A stretch of 64,000 bases of DNA from Planctomycetota bacterium (GTDB lineage Bacteria; Planctomycetota; UBA1135; UBA2386): the NCBI GenBank assembly GCA_020638655.1, contig JACKIC010000011.1, forward strand, positions 40,890 through 104,889, in the 5' to 3' direction. The notes beneath the pieces are model-generated. The model did not search any database, was not told where the DNA came from, and saw only the letters and a list, made by a program, of their open reading frames with translations. Of this stretch, positions 35,201-43,702 are shown one piece after another (the stretch's first letter is position 1; every line of letters begins with the position of its first letter). The position numbers and the translations under genes were made by a program.

Positions 35201-36220
35201 GGTTCGGTGTGGGTCCAGGACCCGGCCGACTTCGTCGGCGACGCGATGCACGACCACGACCCGATCGCCCTGCCGCTGCTGGTCGACTTCAAGGTCTTCC
35301 CGGACAGCGCCGCCAACGGCATCGCCGCGGGCGTCAACAACTTCCAGGTCGCCATGATGGGCCCGCCCAGCTACGGCTTCCCGGGCATCCCCGGCGGCTA
35401 CTACGACCGCCAGGGTGCGGGTTGCGGCGGCACGCCGCCGTGGCCGCGCTCGCGCGTCCAGGCGACCGGTGGTGAGGACATCATCTCGGGCGCGACGATC
35501 CTGATCGACCCGGCCAATCAGCTGATGGCCCAGTCGAGCACGCTCAAGGACGCCGGCCTCGGCAACGCCACGCGTGCCCTGTTCAGCGCCCCTCCGGGTG
35601 ACGGCATGGTGCACTGGGCGCAGGCCGACTTCGTGCGCAAGGTCTCGACCGTGACGATCGGCTTCTTCGACTCGCTGCAGCCGCAGCGCGCGCAGCTGGT
35701 CACGTTCGACGGCTCGGGCACGGCCTCGATCAACGCGACCAACGGCTTCCCGGATCTGCTGACGCTCGATCCGACCCTGCGCATCCGCGACCTCGTCGTG
35801 CAGCTCGACCCGCCGCAGAGCCGGCAGCCGGCTGGCACCTCGGTGGTCGTCGAGATCCGCGGCGCCGAGGACTTCGACAACTCGGGCAATCTCTACAACC
35901 CGAGCTTCGACCAGGCGTCCCAGACCCCGGACGACACGTTCGACGGTCGCGGCAACCTGCTCAACGTCAACTACGCCTGCGAGGCCTACCGCTACTCGCA
36001 GTCGAACCAGCCGGGCAACATCCCGCGCATCAACGCCACGCAGCTGACCCGCTACGTGACCGAGGACCAGCTGGCGCTGATCCGCAGCCCGGCCACGGGC
36101 CTGCTGCCGCGCTTCCTGAACCTGCGCCTGGTGATGACCAACAATGTCGACGTGTCGCCGGCGCTGTCGCCGTCGCTGCGCAGCATGAGCGTGGTCTACA
36201 AGCTCGAGCCGGGGCAGTAA
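32270..36220 (+). CDS. giant predicted lipoprotein C (family 1), paralogue of A
   Basis: 1316 aa with lipobox 'LVAATAC'. Blocks shared with A include 'VPRNAAIKLNFS', 'AGLPASSDNVTANIRVA', 'IRDFRSGNLND', 'LDVEQMYWSP' and 'VLDLAGNAVD'. Confidence 0.85.
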   Translation: MKQPTFRSRQFGSRALPFALALVAATACGGPKSVGSLSQDADRPTLLSVQLGRLVDVYSYQRIDPTNGDRRDRFNRRLTLVAENLVINPNIESQSLFDAAGEELPGANFEFRTFSKSVGHEELVILWDDRAGPEAERYQAALQIAQAGLTELAPSYRNQNTQTRPIPIVPRNAAIKLNFSSPVKADEAFFGVNPSAIQLLEFKGDPAVVDPVNAFRILPYRPIPQGSTIVLDTTILGGEGANGLTVAGLPASSDNVTANIRVAIPVRGAVAPSFYVREDAVAELNGVDSAGRNSVIRDFRSGNLNDGVAGRLRESEPPMIVGSLPMGITEIDTVNNVITINKRLHFVPVRGRFPFVDGPLEQSGIPAGPFSVPISRPLRTGDILTQTLQVQMPDGSIESVELRAEILHNLEVGTVIGDQNLPRLGRVENGQGGSDQGERLSVVRVRVASLEAGRDSLGRMHSFEASSLPNGRDCVLRARYYDEVAYVGSTTEFVSDRDWRHEFVRIDPTPSGAVQPATQVSPNASIAVEFTKPLDLDQVDNTDNFLVTNTSILTESFAVQMGDAKRATARIVPTRLTDLAGDGTVLRLQPPMGFFHNTGTPETYAVHVRLGGAGVLDLAGNAVDIFGDLANPSDSWSVDFSLDAQALTNRVGWHTYTMTSEDEDGSLPGSVDMFGQYRLQDGRLFAAAGVRFSRTADNQNLATISRIHRGECWDPDFDPTVGSPQGVPAAPLDGAGLPHPGLLYWQPRMFDQIAPPNVPSVYEYYQQLPQNVGRVVEPHHPNGSRLQMRYLEDDFSLSYRQPSEFGLDVEQMYWSPFNDETVYYDVFDRYTMSLAHTARRADVRFTLIPGDSSAMPPVPPGCLFNCPSMNSGLSSVFADNVLPGTQEVPVFEDKVYSINPNQAFRSPLNVKYVPYPRFDRSYTWRDSRLVTVDNAGNVIGLGGAEQPGAPQPNNDTTANIDSPWIASVPDPDFVNVGGSVWVQDPADFVGDAMHDHDPIALPLLVDFKVFPDSAANGIAAGVNNFQVAMMGPPSYGFPGIPGGYYDRQGAGCGGTPPWPRSRVQATGGEDIISGATILIDPANQLMAQSSTLKDAGLGNATRALFSAPPGDGMVHWAQADFVRKVSTVTIGFFDSLQPQRAQLVTFDGSGTASINATNGFPDLLTLDPTLRIRDLVVQLDPPQSRQPAGTSVVVEIRGAEDFDNSGNLYNPSFDQASQTPDDTFDGRGNLLNVNYACEAYRYSQSNQPGNIPRINATQLTRYVTEDQLALIRSPATGLLPRFLNLRLVMTNNVDVSPALSPSLRSMSVVYKLEPGQ

Positions 36221-36267
36221 TGCCCGCAGCTGCGGTCCCCGGTGGGCCGCAGCACAACGGATCTGCG

Positions 36268-36308
36268 CGCGGCCGACTGCCTTGGGGCAGTCGGCCGCGT
36301 TCGTTTCC
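36268..36308 (+). terminator. strong intrinsic terminator after gene C
   Basis: Perfect 14-bp stem cgcggccgactgcc/ggcagtcggccgcg with loop ttgg, followed by ttcgtttcc. Confidence 0.8.
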
Positions 36309-36384
36309 AGGGCGTGTTCGCGAATGCGGAGCACTGTCGCTGCCGTGGCGTTAGCGTGTGCCCGGTTCGCCGTCGTCGTCTACG

Positions 36385-38250
36385 ATGGGCCCGCTGCAGT
36401 CCATGTCCTGTCCCCGTGCCATCCCCGCGCTGCTCGTGCCCCTGGGCCTCGCCCTCGCCGCGGGGTGCCACCGGTCGGCGCCCCCGGCCTTCGAGGTGAT
36501 GCACACCTCGCCCGTGCTGGGCGGTGAAGCCGGGCCGCTGCTGCTCAACGACACCATCACGGTCTACTTCTCGGCGCCCGTGTCGGCGCTCAGCGTGACG
36601 TCGGACTCGGTGCACGTCGTCGACGCGCGCGGCAACCAGGTGCCGGGCCAGCTGCGGGTGGGTGAGAACTGGGTGACCTTCGCGCCGCGACCGCCGCTCA
36701 CGGCGGGCCTCGTGGACGGTTCGTTCCAGCCGGGGGAAGCCTACGAACTGCGCCTGGCGGGGTATCCCCGTCCCGACGCGATCCGCGCGGTCGATGGCAG
36801 GCGGCTGTCGATCGGCCACGTGCTGCCGTTCCGGGCGGCGGACGTCGACCATCGCGAGGGGGGGCTGCCGGCACCGCTGCGACCGCTGGCCTCGGACCTG
36901 CCGCTGGTGCTGCGCGCCGCCGAGGCGCCGCAGGCGCTGCCCGTCGATGCCGCGGTCCTGCGTCTGCACTTCTCGTCGCCGCTGCTGCCGACCTCGGTGA
37001 CCCCGTCGGCGTTGGTGATCCAATCGCTGCGCGACATGGCCACCCTGACTCCGCGGCGGGTCAGGGCGGTGACCTCTGCGGTCGACCTCAACCCGGGCAG
37101 CAGCGTCGAGGTCGAACTCGGCGCGACCCCGGCCCGCGAGGATGGTGGATTCCTCGCGCTGCAGCCCGGTGACCTGATCAGCGTGTCGCTGCGCATGGAC
37201 GCGGATGGCCTGCGGGACTACCAGGGCAACACCGTGTTGCCGGCGCCGCCGCAGTTCTGGACGGTCGTGCCCGGGGCGACCGTGGCGCTGCTCGAACTCC
37301 CTGGCGCGGCGGAGTCGTTCGTCGACGAGGGCAGCCTCGAGCCGGGCTTCGAGGTGCGCGGCGGCGTGGTGCGGCCGCGCGTGCGCGTCGAGGCGGGCGA
37401 CGGCAGCCTGGGCGCGTTCCGACCGCAGCAGGACACCGTGCTGCGGCCCGGGGAACCATTCGACCGCGGTGACGGCGTCCAGGTCGCGAGTCGCGACGGA
37501 CGGTTCCCGTTCCGCCTCATCGAGGTACCCAGGGGCGTCACGGTGACGCTCGATTGTCGGGGCGGGCCGGTGCAGCTGACCGCTCTGGGCTCGGTGTCGA
37601 TCCTGGGCGAACTGGCGCTGCGTGGCGCGGCCGTGCCGCTCGCCGAACGGCAGCTCGCCCCCGTTCCCGCGGCCAGCCTGTTCGACCTCGGCGCGCCGCT
37701 GCTGCTCGCCGCCGGCGACGTGCACCTGTCGGGCCGCGTCGTCAGCGACGCCCCGGCCGAAGGCGACGCCACGCCGTTCGTGGTCGCCGCCGCCGGGCAC
37801 GTGCACCTGGGCGGCGAACTGCCGTTCCGCACGGTCCTGGCGGTGGAAGCGGCCCACGCGGGCGGCTCCGGGCCGGCGGTGCACGGTCCGCGCGGCCAGA
37901 CCCTGCTGCGCTCGGTCGAGTTCACCTACGGCCTGGCGCCGGGCGCCACCTGCGAGGCGCGCGGGTTCAGCGCCTGGCAGCAGCTGCCGGAAGGGCGCAT
38001 CGGCGGCGTCGTGCAGGTGCGCGACGCCGACGCCGAGCTGCGACTGGCGTGGCAGTCGACGCCGCCCGACGCGATCGTCACCGACGCGCCGGACCTGACG
38101 CCCGGGCGCACGGGCCGTCTGCAGACGTTGTTCGACGGGGAGCCCGTCACGATCGCCGAGCGCGCGTTCGTGCGCTTCGCCTTCGAGGCGAGCCTGCGCC
38201 ACGACCGTCGGCTGCCGTCGTTGCGCATGCTGCGCCTCGTCGCTCGCTGA
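36385..38250 (+). CDS. predicted lipoprotein D (shorter family-2 relative)
   Basis: ATG at 36385; alternative starts are GTG 36358 and ATG 36403. Lipobox 'LALAAGC'. 'NDTITVYFSAPVSALSVTSDSVHVVD' and 'FRLIEVPRGVTVTLD..ILGELALRG' align with B and E. Confidence 0.75.
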   Translation: MGPLQSMSCPRAIPALLVPLGLALAAGCHRSAPPAFEVMHTSPVLGGEAGPLLLNDTITVYFSAPVSALSVTSDSVHVVDARGNQVPGQLRVGENWVTFAPRPPLTAGLVDGSFQPGEAYELRLAGYPRPDAIRAVDGRRLSIGHVLPFRAADVDHREGGLPAPLRPLASDLPLVLRAAEAPQALPVDAAVLRLHFSSPLLPTSVTPSALVIQSLRDMATLTPRRVRAVTSAVDLNPGSSVEVELGATPAREDGGFLALQPGDLISVSLRMDADGLRDYQGNTVLPAPPQFWTVVPGATVALLELPGAAESFVDEGSLEPGFEVRGGVVRPRVRVEAGDGSLGAFRPQQDTVLRPGEPFDRGDGVQVASRDGRFPFRLIEVPRGVTVTLDCRGGPVQLTALGSVSILGELALRGAAVPLAERQLAPVPAASLFDLGAPLLLAAGDVHLSGRVVSDAPAEGDATPFVVAAAGHVHLGGELPFRTVLAVEAAHAGGSGPAVHGPRGQTLLRSVEFTYGLAPGATCEARGFSAWQQLPEGRIGGVVQVRDADAELRLAWQSTPPDAIVTDAPDLTPGRTGRLQTLFDGEPVTIAERAFVRFAFEASLRHDRRLPSLRMLRLVAR

Positions 38251-38477
38251 CCTGCGCCCCCGCGTTCGGCGACCTTGTGCTGGATTCGCTCCGGCGCCAC
38301 CGTATGCTGCCGGCCTCGGTCGACGGCTTCGTACTTCGCGGGTCAGCGTGGGGTGCGGCAGCCAGCGTGGTCTGCGCCCGTCGGTCGATTCGTGCGGTGG
38401 TCTGCTCTCGCGAGCGGGTCTGGGTCCGGTGTCTGTGCGGCTGACGTCGCGCCGGCACGTAGAGGCGTTTTCCAACC

Positions 38478-39455
38478 ATGTCGACGGTTGTTTTCGAGGT
38501 GGGGGCAGCCCTGCTCGGGGCCTGCGTAGGGTCCTTCCTCAACGTCGTCATCTACCGCCTGCCGCAGGAAGATCCCGCCAGACGATCGCTCGGCGGTCGT
38601 TCGCACTGCCCGCACTGCGGCGCGCAGATCCGCTGGTTCGACAATCTGCCCGTGCTCGGCTGGGTGCTGCTGCGCGGGCGCGGCCGCTGCTGCGGGCAGC
38701 GCATCGCGTTCCGCTATCCGCTCGTCGAACTGCTCACCGCGCTGCTGTTCCTCGCGGTGACGCTGTGGTCGCCGTGGAACCTGCCGATCACGATCGACGA
38801 CCTCGGCGGCCTGCACGTCGACACTGCGCGGGCGGTCGGCTACGGCCTGCACCTGCTGTTCGTCTCGGTGCTGGTCGCGTGCACGTTCATCGACTTCGAC
38901 AAGCAGATCCTGCCCGACGCGATGACCAAGCCGGGCATGGCGATCGGCGTGCTCGCCGGCATCTACCCGGGCATCGCCGGGCCGATCTCGCGCGATGCGT
39001 CGACGCCCTACGCGCTGCGCACGCTGCTCGCGAGCGTCGTCGGCCTGGCGGTCGGCGCCGGGGTCACGTGGGGCATCCGCTGGCTCGGCTCGCGCGTCTT
39101 CGGCAAGGAGGCGATGGGGCTCGGCGACGTCAAGTTCCTCGGCATGATCGGCGCGTTCCTCGGCTGGCAGGGCGCGCTGCTCACCCTGTTCCTGGGCTGC
39201 GTGGTCGGCGCCGTGGTCGGCGGTCTCGCGGCGCTGCGCGGCGGGCTGGGGCTGCGCATCCCGTTCGGTCCGTACCTCGCGCTGGGCGCGTTGATCGCGC
39301 TGTTCGCGCAGGACCACGTCTACGTCTTCTTGTTCGACACATGGCCGGAGTGGCAGCGGCGCAACCCGTCGTCACAGTTCCTGCTGCTCGGCATGGCCGT
39401 GTTGTCGTTGTTCGCGTTGTTCGTGCTCGTGCGCCGTGGGCGCCGCGCAGGATGA
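38478..39455 (+). CDS. pilD: prepilin peptidase (A24 family)
   Basis: 'GSFLNVVIYRLP', 'CPHCGAQIRWFDNLPVLGW', 'GRCCGQRI', 'FIDFD' and 'GLGDVKFLGMIGAFLGW' are present. Confidence 0.9.
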   Translation: MSTVVFEVGAALLGACVGSFLNVVIYRLPQEDPARRSLGGRSHCPHCGAQIRWFDNLPVLGWVLLRGRGRCCGQRIAFRYPLVELLTALLFLAVTLWSPWNLPITIDDLGGLHVDTARAVGYGLHLLFVSVLVACTFIDFDKQILPDAMTKPGMAIGVLAGIYPGIAGPISRDASTPYALRTLLASVVGLAVGAGVTWGIRWLGSRVFGKEAMGLGDVKFLGMIGAFLGWQGALLTLFLGCVVGAVVGGLAALRGGLGLRIPFGPYLALGALIALFAQDHVYVFLFDTWPEWQRRNPSSQFLLLGMAVLSLFALFVLVRRGRRAG

Positions 39456-39499
39456 TCCATTCGTCGTTTGCACCGATTCGATTCCGTTTGGGAGGCACC

Positions 39500-40144
39500 A
39501 TGATGTTCCGCAAGACACTCCTTCTCTTCGCCGCCGCAGCGATGACGCTGTTGCCGAGCTGCACGGCCCGTTACCAGGACATGCTTCGCGATCGCGATTC
39601 GCGCATCCGCGACCTCAACGGCGAGGTCGCGCGCCTGCGCGGCGAGAACGACGACCTGCAGCGCCGGCTCGCCTCGGCGGCGACCGTCACGCCGACGCCC
39701 GCCGCGGCCAAGCGCGACGACAGCGAGGTCAGCGACATCCAGCGCGACGTCGGTCCCGACGCCTACGTCGATCGCCGTCGCGGCCGCATCAGCATCGGCG
39801 TGCAGGACAAGGTGACCTTCGACTCGGGCAGCAAGACCCTCAAGGACTCGTCGCACTCCGTGCTACGCAACGTCGCGAACGTGCTCAAGGACAAGTTCGC
39901 GGGGCGGCGCTTCTTCATCGAAGGCCACACCGACACCGATCCGATCGTCAAGACCAAGGGGCTCTACCGCAACAACCGGCACCTGTCGTTCGAGCGCGCC
40001 GACTCCGTGGCGGCGTGGCTGATCAAGCAGGGTGTGCCGGAGTCCTCGATCGTGGTCGTCGCCTACGGCCAGTTCGATCCTCGCGACCCGAAGAACAAGG
40101 AAGCCAACCGCCGCGTCGAGATCGTCGTCGGCGACAGCCTCTGA
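39500..40144 (+). CDS. OmpA/MotB-domain lipoprotein with N-terminal coiled coil
   Basis: RBS GGAGG (39491-39495). Lipobox 'LLPSC', coiled coil 'IRDLNGEVARLRGENDDLQRRL', and OmpA C-like 'FFIEGHTDTDPI...NRHLSFERADSVAAWL...NRRVEIVV'. Confidence 0.8.
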   Translation: MMFRKTLLLFAAAAMTLLPSCTARYQDMLRDRDSRIRDLNGEVARLRGENDDLQRRLASAATVTPTPAAAKRDDSEVSDIQRDVGPDAYVDRRRGRISIGVQDKVTFDSGSKTLKDSSHSVLRNVANVLKDKFAGRRFFIEGHTDTDPIVKTKGLYRNNRHLSFERADSVAAWLIKQGVPESSIVVVAYGQFDPRDPKNKEANRRVEIVVGDSL

Positions 40145-40388
40145 GCGGGCTGGTCCTCCAGGGGAGTGCGGCCCGCGCGCGATGCGCCTACGGGGCCCGG
40201 CTGTGGCGTCAAGTCGCAGTTGGGCCCGGGTCCGCACGACGCAGTGCGGCTTCCCCCGGCCGCCGGGCCTGATATAACGAAGTGTCCCAGGTGCCACGGT
40301 TTCCGGCGGCTACCCCACCGGACTCCGCGGCGGCGGGCACATCGTTTCGCGCCCCGAACGGGGCGCTTCGTCCCCTCGGAGTGACCCA

Positions 40389-42422
40389 ATGGCCCATACA
40401 TCGGAGCAAGTCCGCAACGTCGCCCTGGTCGGGCACGGACATGCGGGCAAGACCGCCCTCCTCGACGCGATCGCGTTCCACCTCAAGCTCAGCTCGCGTC
40501 TTGGCAGCACCGCCGACGGCACCAGCCTGAGCGACATCGACGCCGAGGAGAAGGAGCGACGACAGACCCTGTCGGCGCACCTGTTCCAGCTGCCGATCGG
40601 CGACACGGTCTGCAACGTGTTCGACACGCCTGGGCACCCCGACTTCCTCGGTGAGGTGCTCGCGGCGATGGACGCGGTGGAGACCGCGCTGTTCGTCGTC
40701 AACGCCGCCAACCCGGTGACGTTCCATCTGCGCCACCTGTGGAAGCGCGCGGGTGACCTCGGCATCGGCCGCGCGATCGCGATCACGCACCTCGACCAGG
40801 ACAACACCGACTTCGAGGCGGTGGTCGAGGAGCTGCGCACGGCCTTCGGCCACGCGGTCGTGCCGGCGTCGTACCCCAACGCGACCGGGGCCGCCTTCAA
40901 GTCGGTTCACGACGTGACGCACCGCGAAGGCCCCAAGGCCGAGCAGTACCACGACATGATCGAGGAGGACGAGGCCGAGGTCGACGACACCTTGATGGAG
41001 CACTACCTCGAGACCGGCCACCTCGACGAGCACGAGTTCGAGGAGAACCTGCGCCGCGCGGTGGCGCGCGGCAACCTGGTCCCGGTGTTCGCGGTCTGCC
41101 CCAACCGCGGGCTCGGCCTCGAGCAGCTGCTCGAGTTCATCTCGCACCACTTCCCGTCACCCGTGTGCTTCGGCGCGCGCCCCGCCGGCGAGCCCGGCTC
41201 GGGCGCCTACGGGCAGCTCGTCGAGCCCGACGACGGGCCGTTCGTGGCCAAGGTGTGCCGCGTCGTGTCCGACCCGTACGTCGGGCGCCTGTCGGTGCTG
41301 CGTTGCCTGCGCGGCAAGCTGAGCAAGGACCAGAACGTCGTCGACGTGCGCACCGGGCAGAGCCACAAGGTCGCGCACCTCTACGCCGTGCACGGCAAGG
41401 ACACCAAGGAGATCGGCGAGGTCGTCGCCGGCGACCTGTTCGCGGTCGGCAAGATCGAGGACTTCCTGCTCGGCGACACGCTCACCGACGGCACCAGGCT
41501 CGAACTGCCGCGCGTCGCCTTCCCGGTGCCGACCTACTCGCGGCACATCTGGCCGAAGGCGCGCGGCGACGAGCAGAAGATCGGCCACGCGGTCGAGAAG
41601 ATCGGCATCGAGGACCCGACGTTCCTGCACGATCGCGACAAGGAGACCGGCGAGTTCCTGGTCACGGGCATGAGCCCGCTGCACCTCGACGTGCACTTCC
41701 AGCGGCTCAACCGTAAACACCACGTCGCGGTGGAGCACGGTCCGCCCACGATTCCCTACCGCGAGACGATCACGGCGCGCGCCGACGGCCATCACCGGCA
41801 CAAGAAGCAGAGCGGTGGCCGCGGCCAGTTCGCCGAGGTCTATCTGCGCGTGGCGCCCAAGCAGCACGGCGAAGGCTTCGAGTTCGTCGACTCGGTCGTC
41901 GGCGGCTCGATCCCGCGGCAGTTCATCCCCGAGGTCGAGAAGGGCGTGCGCAAGTTCCTGACCCGCGGCTCGCTGGCCGGCTTCCCCGTCGTCGACGTGC
42001 AGGCCGAGGTCTACGACGGCAAGTACCACGACGTCGACAGCGACCAGATCAGCTTCCAGCTGGCAGGCGAGCGGGCGTTCCTCGACGGCTTCTCCAAGGC
42101 GCGCCCGATCCTGCTCGAGCCGGTCATGGACGTCGAGATCCACGTGCCCGAGCGCTTCACGGGCGACGTCGCCGGCAACCTGTCCGGCGCGCGCGGCCGG
42201 CTGGCCGGCATGGAGGTGCACGAGGGCGTGCAGATGATCAAGGCGCACGTGCCGCTGGCATCGATGTTGGAATACTCGACACAGCTGCGCTCGATCACGG
42301 CCGGCGAGGGCACCTACACGATGCAGTTCGCGCACTACGAGCCGGTGCCACCGCACCTTCAGGCCGAGATCGTCAAGAACCGCAAGGCGGTCGTGGACCA
42401 GCACCACGGCGAGCACCGCTAG
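40389..42422 (+). CDS. elongation factor G family paralogue with non-canonical G1 and G4 motifs
   Basis: 677 aa. G1 is 'GHGHAGKT' and G3 is 'DTPGHPDF'. The domain IV tip 'GKYHDVDSD' is conserved. 'ITHLDQ' stands where NKxD is expected. Confidence 0.8.
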   Translation: MAHTSEQVRNVALVGHGHAGKTALLDAIAFHLKLSSRLGSTADGTSLSDIDAEEKERRQTLSAHLFQLPIGDTVCNVFDTPGHPDFLGEVLAAMDAVETALFVVNAANPVTFHLRHLWKRAGDLGIGRAIAITHLDQDNTDFEAVVEELRTAFGHAVVPASYPNATGAAFKSVHDVTHREGPKAEQYHDMIEEDEAEVDDTLMEHYLETGHLDEHEFEENLRRAVARGNLVPVFAVCPNRGLGLEQLLEFISHHFPSPVCFGARPAGEPGSGAYGQLVEPDDGPFVAKVCRVVSDPYVGRLSVLRCLRGKLSKDQNVVDVRTGQSHKVAHLYAVHGKDTKEIGEVVAGDLFAVGKIEDFLLGDTLTDGTRLELPRVAFPVPTYSRHIWPKARGDEQKIGHAVEKIGIEDPTFLHDRDKETGEFLVTGMSPLHLDVHFQRLNRKHHVAVEHGPPTIPYRETITARADGHHRHKKQSGGRGQFAEVYLRVAPKQHGEGFEFVDSVVGGSIPRQFIPEVEKGVRKFLTRGSLAGFPVVDVQAEVYDGKYHDVDSDQISFQLAGERAFLDGFSKARPILLEPVMDVEIHVPERFTGDVAGNLSGARGRLAGMEVHEGVQMIKAHVPLASMLEYSTQLRSITAGEGTYTMQFAHYEPVPPHLQAEIVKNRKAVVDQHHGEHR

Positions 42423-42607
42423 CCGCAGATCCCCGGGCCGGCGGCACCGCGCCGCCGGCCGCGCAAGCGCCCGTGCCGCCGGGCCGCGCCGCCCGCCGCC
42501 TCTCCGATCGAGGCGCCGCCGGGCAAGGCCTCAATGCGACAGGCCCCGTCGACCGATAGACCGCTCCGGGTCCGGATCCATCCGCACCCTCACAGGAGCG
42601 CGTCAAC

Positions 42608-43699
42608 ATGGTCTCGATGGAAGAACTGCTGAACCTCATGGTTCAGCGCGGCGGGTCCGACTTGCACATCTCGGTGGGTTCTCCTCCCAAGATTCGCATC
42701 GACGGCAAGCTCGTCGACACGGAGCACGAACCGCTGATGCCCGAGCAGACCAAGAAGTTGATCTACTCGGTGATCGGTCCCGATCAGGTCGCCAAGCTCG
42801 AGAAGCAGCTCGAAATCGACTTCTCGTTCGGCGTCGCCAACCTGGGTCGTTTCCGCACCAACGCGTTCGTGCAACGCGGCTCGATCGCCGCGGTGCTGCG
42901 CGTGATCCCGTTCGAGGTCTTCGACTTCGAGACGATCGGCCTGCCCAAGAAGGTCTGCGAGTGGATCTGCAACCTGCCGCGCGGCCTGGTGCTGTGCACC
43001 GGCGCGACCGGCTCGGGCAAGTCGACGACGCTCGCGTCGATGATCAACTACGTCAACGAGACGCGGCAGAGCCACATCATCACGATCGAGGACCCGATCG
43101 AGTTCCTGCACCGGAACAAGGGCTGCCTGATCAACCAGCGTGAGGTCGGCGGCGACACCCTGGGCTTCGACAAGGCGCTCAAGTCGGTGCTGCGTCAGGA
43201 CCCCGACGTCGTGCTGGTCGGCGAAATGCGCGACCTCGAGACGATCGAGGCGGCGCTGACGCTCGCCGAGACGGGCCACCTGACTTTCGCGACCCTGCAC
43301 ACGTCCGACGTGTGCCAGACCGTGAACCGCATCGTCGACGTCTTCCCGGCGCACCAGCAGCAGCAGATCCGCACGATGCTGTCGTTCACGCTGCAGGCCG
43401 TCGTCTGCCAGCAGCTGGTGCCGCGCATCCACGGCAAGGGCCGCGTGCTCGCCGCCGAGATCATGATCGTCACGCCCGCGATCCGGGCGCTGATCCGCGA
43501 CAACAAGGCGCACCAGATCATGTCGACGATCCAGACCGGTGGCGCGCAGGGCATGCGCACCATGAACCAGTCGCTGTTCGACCTCTACCGGGCGGGGACC
43601 ATCAGCTACGAGGACGCGATGGAGCACTGCGGTGACCACGCCGACTTCCAGCGCCTGATGGAACGTGCCGGCACCGGTGGCGCCCGCGCGACGCGGTGA
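42608..43699 (+). CDS. pilT: type IV pilus retraction ATPase PilT
   Basis: 'GGSDLHI', Walker A 'GATGSGKSTT', 'DPDVVLVGEMRD', 'TGHLTFATLHT' and the PilT signature 'AIRALIRDNKAHQI' are present. Confidence 0.9.
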   Translation: MVSMEELLNLMVQRGGSDLHISVGSPPKIRIDGKLVDTEHEPLMPEQTKKLIYSVIGPDQVAKLEKQLEIDFSFGVANLGRFRTNAFVQRGSIAAVLRVIPFEVFDFETIGLPKKVCEWICNLPRGLVLCTGATGSGKSTTLASMINYVNETRQSHIITIEDPIEFLHRNKGCLINQREVGGDTLGFDKALKSVLRQDPDVVLVGEMRDLETIEAALTLAETGHLTFATLHTSDVCQTVNRIVDVFPAHQQQQIRTMLSFTLQAVVCQQLVPRIHGKGRVLAAEIMIVTPAIRALIRDNKAHQIMSTIQTGGAQGMRTMNQSLFDLYRAGTISYEDAMEHCGDHADFQRLMERAGTGGARATR

Positions 43700-43702
43700 T
43701 CC

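Noticed and set aside
24058-36334. Long minus-strand ORFs (1508, 1236 and 1319 aa) antisense to giant genes A, B and C.
   Set aside because: The same GC-shadow effect applies. The plus-strand frames have signal peptides, lipoboxes, paralogous blocks and sensible composition, whereas the antisense translations are Arg/Asp/Val/Ala runs with no motifs.
40389-42422. EF-G paralogue as a Tet(M)/Tet(O)-type ribosomal protection (antibiotic resistance) gene.
   Set aside because: I have no sequence feature that separates it from other EF-G-like subfamilies. There is no mobile-element context and no flanking resistance genes. The call is left as 'EF-G family paralogue'.
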